Shown here one piece after another: positions 25,492-34,871 of a stretch of DNA of 64,000 nt; position 1 is the first letter of the stretch; every line of letters starts with the position of its first letter. Location of the stretch: contig NW_025767511.1 of NCBI RefSeq assembly GCF_003918875.1, forward strand, positions 186,001 to 250,000, written 5' to 3'. This DNA is from Haliotis rubra (taxonomy: Eukaryota). A program made the position numbers and the translations under genes. Below the pieces are notes generated by a model. The model worked only from the letters and a program-made list of their open reading frames with translations. It made no database searches and had not been told where the DNA came from.

Positions 25492-26694
25492 ATGGCTGGA
25501 AGTGGAACTGGACTGAAGACCCCAGACCTGGTGAAGAAGGTCGCTTCTGCCAATTCCCAGTTTGGTCTGGACCTGTACAAGAAAGTCGCCTTAGACCTGA
25601 AGGACTCCAATGTGTTTCTGTCTCCCTTCAGCATCTCGGCAGCTCTGGCCATGACCCAGCTGGGAGCTCGAGGTGACACAGCAGCTCAGATGAACCAGGT
25701 CCTGAAGTGGACTGACATCCAGGACTCCGTACATCCAGGGTTTGAAGACTATCTGCGTCTTCTGAAAACACACAGGGAGACTACGATACTTACAACAGCC
25801 AACCGCTTGTTTGTGAATGATAAGGCCAAGATTCTGGATGAATTTCTACAGAAGACAGAGAAGCATTATGGTGCTCAGGCTGTTCTGTCTGACTTTGTGG
25901 GCAATGGAGCTGGAGAGGCGGAGAAGATCAACCAATGGGTGGAATCGGAGACCAACAGCAAGATAAAGGATCTGATCACAGGTGGAATCGATCCACTGAC
26001 AGCTATGATCCTTGTTAATGCCATATACTTCAAAGGCAACTGGGCAGAGAAATTCGATCCGACAAGGACAGAGAAGGGCACATTTAAGGTGAAGCCTGGA
26101 GAGACCGTACAAGTTGATATGATGCGGATGAAGAAGAAGTTCAAGTTTGGCCTAAATGATGAACTGAACTGTTCTGTGTTGGAACTGCCTTATGTAAAGG
26201 AGGACCTTAGCATGTTCTTCTTGTTGCCTGACAAAGATGATGGTTTGGGAGAACTGGAAAGCAAACTGAATCATGAATCTTTGACGGAAGCCTTAAAACG
26301 TGTTCACAAAACTACTGTTGACATCTCTATGCCCAGATTTGTGCTGGAATCAAGCTTTGAGCTGAATGAAGTCCTGAAGTCGCTGGGAATGTCTGATGCT
26401 TTTGATGAGCAGAAAGCCGATCTGTCCGGAATTGATGGAACCCGGCTCCTGTACATCTCCCAGGTGGTCCACAAGGCCTTCCTGGAAGTGAACGAGGAGG
26501 GAAGTGAAGCTGCTGCAGCCACAGCAGTTAGGATCATGACAAGATCGCTCCCTATAATTGAGCCTTTCAAGGCAGATCATCCCTTCCTGTTCCTCATCCG
26601 TGACAACCGAGCCGATGTTGTGCTCTTCATGGGCAGACTTGTTCGTCCTCCCACAGCAGGCTCAGCTGGTGTTTCACAGAAAACTGAACTGTAG
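25492..26694 (+). CDS. Serpin copy 7 (type B); RCL RIMTR|SLP; KTEL; compensating +2/+1 indels at ~25770-25787
   Basis: ORF 25417-26694 is open. KTHRETTILTT replaces KTQGDYVLTT because of a local frame excursion. Confidence 0.95.
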   Translation: MAGSGTGLKTPDLVKKVASANSQFGLDLYKKVALDLKDSNVFLSPFSISAALAMTQLGARGDTAAQMNQVLKWTDIQDSVHPGFEDYLRLLKTHRETTILTTANRLFVNDKAKILDEFLQKTEKHYGAQAVLSDFVGNGAGEAEKINQWVESETNSKIKDLITGGIDPLTAMILVNAIYFKGNWAEKFDPTRTEKGTFKVKPGETVQVDMMRMKKKFKFGLNDELNCSVLELPYVKEDLSMFFLLPDKDDGLGELESKLNHESLTEALKRVHKTTVDISMPRFVLESSFELNEVLKSLGMSDAFDEQKADLSGIDGTRLLYISQVVHKAFLEVNEEGSEAAAATAVRIMTRSLPIIEPFKADHPFLFLIRDNRADVVLFMGRLVRPPTAGSAGVSQKTEL

Positions 26695-27320
26695 AGCTGT
26701 TGATATGATTCTGTTTCAGAGCAATGTTACTGTTATTGTGACCATCTCCATCAATTAAATGCATTATATTATGATATTTAATAGCAGTACGTTGTTTGAT
26801 TGAAAGTATCCATAAACTTCTCTCAGTTACCAAAGTAGACTAGTTTATTTTCTATTTTTTAGTGGTTCTGTTTTAACCTTAGTATAGATTGATCTGCCTT
26901 TGATTTCACAAATGTGGGACAATAATGGCCCCTTGTTCCATGCTTTAGTATTGTTTATAAAAGAAATCCACTTTTTCACTGCATTTTTCACATTCATGGA
27001 AACATGAACAATCCTTAGGACTTTTAAACTCATGTCCTGAATATTTTTAGATATTAACTTTCCATTAAATGTTTTCACAGTGGCTGACCGTTACAGATTT
27101 GCTTCGGCTTTATGTGTCTATGGTGGTTATACAGTATATTCTCAAGGTTAAATATATTCTAAATATGTTCTGAAAAATTGACGTGTGTAGAGATGGCACA
27201 TATTTTCATATAATGCATAAAATAAGACTGTCATAAAACATGTATTGCTTTAATCATGTCAATAAATAGCTGTGATACACTATATTTTGAATACATTTCT
27301 TTCTTAGTATAACAGGAATT

Positions 27321-27494
27321 CAGGGACTGGGAAAGGCAGGGGCCATGGGCCATTTTGCTCATTAGAATACAAAATGGCCCATTAAAATTTTGAAGTTTAC
27401 TATTGATACAAGGGCAGTGGCCAATTCTAAATTCCGAAAATGGCTAATAATCCTGAAAATGGCCCATTGTCAAAGTTCTCTATCCCAGTCCCTG
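27321..27494. mobile_element. MITE with hAT-like CAGGG termini
   Basis: TIR cagggactggga/tcccagtccctg and internal inverted gggccatttt/aaaatggccc. No clean TSD. Confidence 0.7.
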
Positions 27495-27687
27495 TCAGGG
27501 TTAAAAACTTCTCACCTGTAGGCAAGAGTCATTCCTCTGTGAGTGGTCGTGGAGTCTAGTGGATGGAGTGTTTGCCTTGGTAGCGACATGTCATAGGTTT
27601 GATCCTAGAACTTGTTGTTTCCCTGCCTTCCACCAAGCATTAGGGATGTAGGACTAAAACTCATCAGCTCAGTGTTGTGAGTGAGGT

Positions 27688-28225
27688 TGGGGAGGGTAAC
27701 CTAGTGGTAAAGCGTTCGCAACGCTCGTCACGCCGAAGACCGAGGTTCAATTCCCCACATGGGTACAGTGTGTGAAGCTTATTTCTGGTGTCCCTTGCTT
27801 TGATATTGTTGGAATATTGCTAAAAGCGGCGTAAAACTAAACTCACTCACCCACTCACTGTAAGTGAGGTATGATTGTTAAATTTTGGCTTCTGATATGA
27901 GCTTGCACCATAAAAAAGCGGCATTAGTCCAGACTAGTTCATGTGGCCACACACATTCATGCTTGTCACAGAAGTGCAGTAATCTGAAATGTGACAACAA
28001 ACCCAATACCACCTCCCCTTCGCGTATTGCAAAATACATGTGGACAGATAAGAAATTTAGTGAGTGAGTGAGTTTAGTGTCATGTCGCTTTTAGCAATAT
28101 TCCAGCAAATATTTCAGGGAACAGAAGAAATGGGCTTCACACTTTATACCCATGTGGGGAATCGAACCTGGGTCTTTGGCGTAACAACCAAACATTTTAA
28201 CCACTTGGCTACACCACTGCTCGCT
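27688..28225. mobile_element. Two SINE family A copies (27688-27858 +, 28060-28225 -); the first splits a degenerate family C SINE
   Basis: Matches to the family A consensus; flanks at 27540-27680 and 27860-28010 resemble the element at 55317. Confidence 0.75.
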
Positions 28226-28241
28226 CCCCCACAAATTTAAG

Positions 28242-28372
28242 TATACTGACCAGCAATAAATACGCAACTCAGAATTTATGAAAATTATACTTTTTCAGCA
28301 TGAGTTTGGATTTGATACTTTAATACAATTGCTTTGATTTCTTGAATTGCGTTTCTTTTGCTGGTCAGTATA
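28242..28372. mobile_element. ~130-bp Tc1/mariner-like MITE
   Basis: TIR tatactgaccagcaa/ttgctggtcagtata. Confidence 0.75.
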
Positions 28373-28761
28373 TAATGATGAGCACATCAAAGGACTCATC
28401 GGGAGACAGGTAACATATGATATACAGGTGTGAAAGGTTGTCTTAGTAACATGATGTGGATGTATCTCAGCACGGGGAAGGGGAAGTGATTTCGAATCTG
28501 TGAGGGTGCGGGGTATTGGTCAATGCTCTTAGCCTACATGGACATTTTTAACCATCTTTTGATATTTGCATGTTTTTCATGAGATTGTATATTTGAAATT
28601 TTTCTTTTGTTTGTTGTTTAATGGCGCACTCAGCAATACTCCAGCTATATGATGGCGGTCTGTAAATAATCGAATCTGGAGCAGATAATCCAGTGATTGA
28701 CATCATGAGCATCAATCTATTGGGATACAATGACATGTCAACCAAGTCAGTGAGCCTGACC

Positions 28762-29183
28762 CAGAGCTACAGATAACTTTTGGGGTCATTGAGTTATGTA
28801 CTCTCAATTGGGTACCCTAATTTTCCTTTCTGTAACCAAATAAATTGTACTCACCTCACTCAAACTCAATTGGGTACTTTGCCATTTTCCATTAATTTCA
28901 AAATATAATAAAGTTAAAATGTTAGTGTTTGTTATTTATGTTTTATCTGTATTATGAGAAACTGTAAGTTGTCAAGTTCATGTCCTGAAATAGAACCTCA
29001 CAGTATACCTCAGTTATTTTATCTAACCCCCGGTACGCAAGCTAAGATTTGACATTTTTGTGTGTTTTTATTGAGTATTTACAAAAATTTAAGCGTACTT
29101 GTACACAATAGACTTAATAGGAAATGAGTTTCACATAAATATTTGCATAATTTACGCAGATACGCAGCTTAGCTGTACCTCTG
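28762..29183. mobile_element. Non-autonomous DNA transposon nested in a family B SINE (28605-29265, minus strand)
   Basis: TIR cagagctacagataa/ttagctgtacctctg (13/15 match); 6-bp TSD ctgacc at 28756-28761 and 29184-29189. Confidence 0.85.
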
Positions 29184-29634
29184 CTGACCACCTGATCCCG
29201 TTAGTCGCCTCTTACCACAAGCATGGGTTACTGAAGACCAATTCTAACCCGGACCTTCACCGGTGTAATGACATAAACACTGAGAGACTACTTCCTCCAT
29301 CCTGGGAATTCTTCCCACAATAATCACAAGCAAAATTTCTGATCATTTAGGCATTTTACTCTGGGATAGTTACTCTGAAAGTTTGATTTTATGACTGTTG
29401 AACAATATCCTTAACTTGACCCATCCTAGCGGACGAAACACACAAATGCACATCCAAACTACATCAGTGATCAGACTGACAAAAGACATTCTACAGCAAT
29501 CTATATATTTAAATATCTATTTGACACAGATTTGTAATCTAGTTTAAAAGTGAAATTAAAATCTTTTAATAACCCCGCAAAATACAGAACACACAGATTT
29601 TGACAATGGGGTTGTGTAAGGGGAGCTCTTGTGT

Positions 29635-29848
29635 TGTTGGTTGTTGTTTAAACACGCTCTCAGCAATATTCCGGCTACATTGCGGTGGTCTGTAAATAAT
29701 CGTGTCTGGACCAGACAATCCAGTGATCAACAGCATGAGCATAGATCTATGCAATTGGGATATGATGACATCTCAACCAAGTCCCGTTGGTTGCCTTACG
29801 ACAAGCATGGGTTGCTGAAGACCAGTTCTAAGCCGGACCTTCATGGGT
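29635..29848 (-). mobile_element. SINE family B
   Basis: Reverse-complement match from the tail through to the ccc.tgaagg.ccgg 5' end. Confidence 0.82.
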
Positions 29849-29931
29849 GCAGGAGCTCTTATGTGAACATCATTATCATTATTAATTATTACCACTACAA
29901 ATTTATATTTTATACTTATATTTTCCTAATA

Positions 29932-30510
29932 CAGTCAAGCACTGTTGCTTCGATGTTCATGGGTCCAAGAACAAATATCGAGTTATCCGAACTTCGAGAC
30001 ATTCGACCAGGGCATATCATCACTTATCACTATGAAAGAAAACAAAACACTTCTCAGTATGTTTTGATTCGAAACTATAATCCGTTATCAGTAGTGTTTA
30101 GTCGTAACAGTGAGCAATCCTAATTAATTCCTTCTTAATTAATCCTAATTGAATAACAAACAAGTGACACCTTCAACTCAATTAGCCCTAATTAGTTTAC
30201 ACTACCGCATCCCTTTGATTCATGCCGCACCGTGTGTAAACATGTGGAAACAACCTCAGTTCAGAGAGATACTTGCCCATGAAAGGAAGGTGAATATCAA
30301 GTTTCTTTGCACATATTGAGTTAAAAGGGTAATTTTGCTTGTTGGGACCATGAAATTATATCGAGATATCCGAAATATCGAGACATCCGTATCGAGTTAA
30401 AGGAGCTTGAATAATGATAAATTATGAAGGATTTTGCCGGGACCAAGATGTAATATCAAGATGACCGAGATATCGAAGTAATCAGAGTTTGACACAACGG
30501 TGCTCGACTG
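29932..30510. mobile_element. pogo/Tigger-like (Tc1/mariner) MITE
   Basis: TA|cagtcaagcactgttg ... caacggtgctcgactg|TA, with subterminal atatcgag repeats. Confidence 0.85.
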
Positions 30511-30917
30511 TATATGGATCCTAATATATTGCTTGTAATGGTAATAATTAATAATGAATTTTTCCATGAATTATCATGGAGAAATAATTCATAGAAAAAT
30601 TCATTTTTAATTATTACGCCATGATACCATTCTGGTACCACCACAAAGCAACACTTCTAGCTTTCATAGCACACATGAATTAGTACAGGACGACATCTTA
30701 TTTTGACTCATGTGGCCATATTTACACGACTACTAATCCACACTTTCAGCATTTAATCACAATGGACATTTATGAAGTGCCTGTATCCAAACACTTGTGC
30801 ATGCTCAGGGTGCAAACACATATAGCTAGAACGTTAGCAGTCACATGACTTCTTATCCCACCAGGTACCCATTCACTGCTGGGTGAACAGAGGCAATTAT
30901 GAGCAAATCACTTGCCT

Positions 30918-31098
30918 GGACTAACGGGATGAGGTGGTCAGGTTCGCTGACTTGGTTGACATATGCTGTTGTATCCCAACTGTGTAGATCAATGCTTATG
31001 ATGTTCATCACTGGATTTTCTAGTCCAAACTCCACTATTTACAGACCGCCACAATACAGCTGGAATATTGCTGGGCATGGCGTTAAAGAATAAATAAA
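30918..31098 (+). mobile_element. SINE family B, 5'-truncated
   Basis: gactaacgggat...gctggaatattgctgggcatggcgttaaag followed by an (aata)n tail. Confidence 0.8.
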
Positions 31099-31169
31099 CA
31101 TTGGGGAACAAGGTTCCATTTTTTGTATCCTTACCAAAAGTTATTTGTTTTTGTAGAGGTGGTGGGAAG

Positions 31170-32330
31170 ATGTCGTGCAGCAAGGTGTCCCAGCTTGCTG
31201 CAGCCGATGCCAAGTTCAGCATTGACCTCTACAGAGCACTGTCCAGTTCCATGTCTGACCAGAATCTGTTCCTGTCCCCCTACAGTGTCCTGTCTGTCAT
31301 GGCCATGGCATACATAGGTGCCCGAGGAACTACAGCCTCAGAGATGTTGCAGGCCTTAAGACTGACGGAAATATCAGAAACCATCCACATCGCTTTTCAG
31401 GAGTACCTGGCAGTTATGAGCAGCAAAGCAGAGGGCTGTGATTTAGCTTCAGCTAATAAATTATATGTGAGAAAGGACAAGCAACTGTGCTCGGAGTTTT
31501 CCAAAAAGGTGGCACAGCATTTTGGAGCTGAGACTGACTCATGTGACTTCATCGGAAACCCAGAATCAGAGTGTGCCAGGATCAATGCCTGGGTGGCCAA
31601 ACAGACCCACGATAGGATCCAAGGTGTCATCTCACCGCTTTCTCTCACTAAAGACACATCAATGATTTTAGTAAATGCCATCTATTTTAAAGGAAAATGG
31701 GAAAATGTTTTTGATAAGGGCTTAACTGAAAAGGGCTCTTTCACAGTCTCCTCTTCAAAGAAGGTCGCGGTTGATATGATGAACACTGTGGACACGTTTG
31801 GGTACAGTGAGATTAAAGACTTGGACTGCACGGCACTGGAACTACCCTATGTAGGGGACAGACTCAGCATGGTGATCCTCCTTCCCAGAAAATCAAATGG
31901 TTTAAGTTCCCTGGAACAGAACCTCAAGCCTCATCATCTCCAGGTCCAGTTCACTGGTAATTCATGGAATGAGGTTGATGTGTCACTTCCAAGGTTTAAG
32001 ATGGAGTCCAGTTTTGAGCTTGCTGATGTCCTGTCCATGTTAGGGATGTGTACTGCTTTTGACCCCGTGGAGGCCAACTTTTCTGGGATTGATCCATCAG
32101 GGCTGTTGACCTTGTCCAGGGTCGTCCACAAGACCTTTGTGGAGGTCAATGAGGAGGGTACAGAGGCAGCAGCATGCACCATGATGGACTGTGTGGATGG
32201 GTTGGTGATACAGGAGAAGCATGTCTTCAGGGCTGATCATCCGTTTATATTTTTCATCCGAGACAGACGAAGTGAGATGATCCTTTTTCTTGGGAGGATT
32301 GTGAATCCAGAAGGCCTGGAAACATGCTAA
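31170..32330 (+). CDS. Divergent intracellular (clade-B-like) serpin with uninterrupted CDS; RCL GTEAAACTMMDCVD|GL
   Basis: Intact ORF with NLFLSPYS, LVNAIYFKGKW, EEGTEAAA and FRADHPFIFFIRD. Acceptor tttttgtag ends at 31156 and ATG is at 31170. No signal peptide or KDEL-like end. Confidence 0.96.
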   Translation: MSCSKVSQLAAADAKFSIDLYRALSSSMSDQNLFLSPYSVLSVMAMAYIGARGTTASEMLQALRLTEISETIHIAFQEYLAVMSSKAEGCDLASANKLYVRKDKQLCSEFSKKVAQHFGAETDSCDFIGNPESECARINAWVAKQTHDRIQGVISPLSLTKDTSMILVNAIYFKGKWENVFDKGLTEKGSFTVSSSKKVAVDMMNTVDTFGYSEIKDLDCTALELPYVGDRLSMVILLPRKSNGLSSLEQNLKPHHLQVQFTGNSWNEVDVSLPRFKMESSFELADVLSMLGMCTAFDPVEANFSGIDPSGLLTLSRVVHKTFVEVNEEGTEAAACTMMDCVDGLVIQEKHVFRADHPFIFFIRDRRSEMILFLGRIVNPEGLETC

Positions 32331-32444
32331 GTCTGCTAGGTTCAGATATTGTCGATCCATTATAGATCAGTGGTCACCATAGTTGGAATCATCATGACAG
32401 AGTTGCAGATCTATACAGTGTTATTTCTGTTTAATATGACACAA

Positions 32445-32690
32445 TATAATAATAATAATCTTTATTTGCACTGAGAAGGCAACAGGCCTATAGTACATAA
32501 AGTTATGTTACATTTGAGAGGAATTTAGATCGGGTAATCATAGCATAGTAAATGAACATTGAAATATTTTGTAGAAGAACTGGATTTTTACTACTTAACA
32601 GTGAGGAGAATTTTATCATATTTGGATGGACATAGTAATATCTTTTAATATATTTTGTTCGCAACCGGTCATAAAATGGACATATTAGGA
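32445..32690 (-). mobile_element. 5'-truncated LINE 3' end, similar type to 1-1855
   Basis: Minus-strand peptide ICPFYDRLRTKYIKRYYY...MFIYYAM, followed by AATAAA and an (att)n tail. Confidence 0.75.
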
Positions 32691-32767
32691 TTGTATGAAT
32701 AACGTGGGTGATGCAACACAATATCATCCAGTGGATGGATATGATTCTTATGTGTTTGAACAGTTAC

Positions 32768-33810
32768 TCATCACCATAACCATCATCACTTCGGTAACCA
32801 TCACCATCACCACCATCTTGTAAGTCACCATCACCAGAACCAGTCTCCATCATCCACCACCACCTACACCTTGAATGCCATCTCCATCATCCACCACCAC
32901 CTCCACCTTGAATGCCATCTCCATCATCCACCATCCCTGTCGCCATCACCCTCTCCACATCATCCATCATCACCATCACATCCACCATCACAGTCATCAT
33001 CATTATCACGTCATCGATGACGCCATCCCTGACACCATCACCATGTCATCGATGATGCCATCCCTGACACCATCACCACGTCATCGATGATGCCATCCCT
33101 GACACCATCACCATGTCATCGATGACATCATCCCTGACACCACATCATCGATGATGCCATCCCTGACACCATCACATCATCGATGATGCCATCCCTGACA
33201 CCATCACCACGTCATCGATGACCCCATCCCTGACACCATCACCATGTCATCGATGACACCATCCCTGACACCACATCATCGGTGATGCCATACCTGACAC
33301 CATCACATCATCGATGATGCCATCCCTGCCACCATCAACGTCATCGATGACCCCATCCCTGACACCATCACCATGTCATCGATGACACCATCCCTGACAC
33401 CATCACCATGTCATCGATGACACCATCCCTGACACCATCCCCCATACCTGACACGATAACACCATCGATGATGCCTGGCACCATCAACGTCATCGATGAC
33501 CCCATCCCTGACACCATCACCATGTCATCGATGACACCATCCCTGACACCATCACCATGTCATCGATGACACCATCCCTGACACCATCCCCCGTCGTTAA
33601 CGATAACACCATCCCTGACACCATCACGTCATCAATGACACCATCCCTGACACCATCACCATGTCATCAATGACACCATCCCTGACACCATCACCACGTC
33701 ATTGTTGACACCATCACCTCCACCTTGCATACCATCTCCGTCATCCACCATCACAGTCGCCATCACCCTCTCCATCATCCACAATCTCTGTCGCAATCAA
33801 CATCACCACA
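32768..33810. repeat. CAT/CAC-rich low-complexity flanks with a ~30-33-bp minisatellite core
   Basis: gtcatcgatgaYRccatccctgacaccatcaccaY repeated from ~33010 to 33715. Confidence 0.93.
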
Positions 33811-34689
33811 TACATAACCATCAGTTCCATTTTACCATGTCAATATGGTAACAAAAGGTAATTTTGAGGGCATCCTCCTCAAACAAACACTGATCATAGA
33901 GATCATGTTGGTGACACATATACTCAAGTTTTCATTCTCATTTCATTTTGATTACAGCAAGAGGAATCTGCCACTTAGGCTTATAGCATTGACTTGTAAT
34001 GATTAGTAAATTAGTACATGCTTTGAGGCAAATATGACCCACTTTTTGTGCATCATCATCTAACATACGAAGCTGGGAGTATTCCTCAGTATCCCAATGC
34101 TCTTAGAAAGGCTTATGTATTCTTCAGAGCTCTTTTTGGACCTCTCCCCAAGACAGACTGCTATTCCACAGGATGTCTGTTTTCAATGAGGTCAATGTGC
34201 AATAAAAATCATTTCTGAACGAAAACTTCAGATGTTTCAGTACTATTCTTGTTCATTTATCTACATCACATAGTATGTATTTCTTTTTAGGTGTTATGTC
34301 AAATAAAGGTGGTTAAAATGACATCACAGAAAGTCAGTTTTTGATGTTGAGAAGTGGAGGCGACACCTGGATGGAATAAAGGCAAAGACGAACATATGCA
34401 TTTAATTCTTTGAGAAAGGTAATATTTCGGGATAGGATAGTTTGTTTGTTTAATGGCACATTTAGCAATATTCGAGCTTTATGGTGGTGGTCTGTAAATA
34501 ATTGAGTCTAGGCTAGATATAATGCAGTCGTGTACATATACACAATTGGGATACAATTACGTGCGTCAATGAAGACAACAAGCCTGACTGCCCGATCATG
34601 TTAGTCACCTCTTGCAACCAGCATGGGTTGCTGAAGACAAATTCTAACCAGGATCTTCATTGGTAAGCCAGTAAGATAGTAGTGGAGGG

Positions 34690-34871
34690 CAGGGGCGGCT
34701 ACAGCTTCTTGAGAAAGGTTGGGTGCACACTATTGAGAAAAGGAGGGGTTCACACTTCATTTTCACCCTTGTTTCAATGGTCATTTAGTAAACTTACAGG
34801 ACAAGGAGGGGGAGAGGGGGTGCGCACGCTCTGCGCGGGCTGTGCACACACACACTCTGGATCCACCCATG
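34690..34871. mobile_element. hAT-like MITE with 8-bp TSD
   Basis: caggggcggctacag ... ctggatccacccatg, flanked by gtggaggg at 34682-34689 and 34872-34879. Confidence 0.85.

Larger units (their letters stand above)
6280..26720 (+). repeat. Tandem segmental duplication array, ~3.55-kb unit (serpin plus ~2.35-kb spacer)
   Basis: ATG spacings are 3552, 3543, 3548, 4459 (with insertion) and 3547 bp. Spacers are near-identical, including their embedded SINE relics. Confidence 0.97.

Noticed and set aside
2826-26580. Recurring antisense ORFs over the serpins (MSPRAPSW..., MKGSII..., MPFSVLV...) and recurring spacer ORFs (MVASKASG..., MGDFPEVP...)
   Set aside because: Their recurrence is explained by the DNA duplication; they are shadows of serpin codons or SINE/minisatellite sequence with no protein motifs.
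31101-31169. N-terminal extension MGNKVPFFV... of serpin 8
   Set aside because: Begins at TTG and spans a pyrimidine tract and AG acceptor, so it is most likely intronic.
2875-32330. Serpins as retrocopies or horizontally acquired genes because the CDS is uninterrupted
   Set aside because: No poly(A) tracts or TSDs flank them, upstream splice acceptors are present, and the flanks are co-duplicated, indicating DNA-level tandem duplication.
32875-33090. His-rich ORF
   Set aside because: Low-complexity CAT/CAC repeat.
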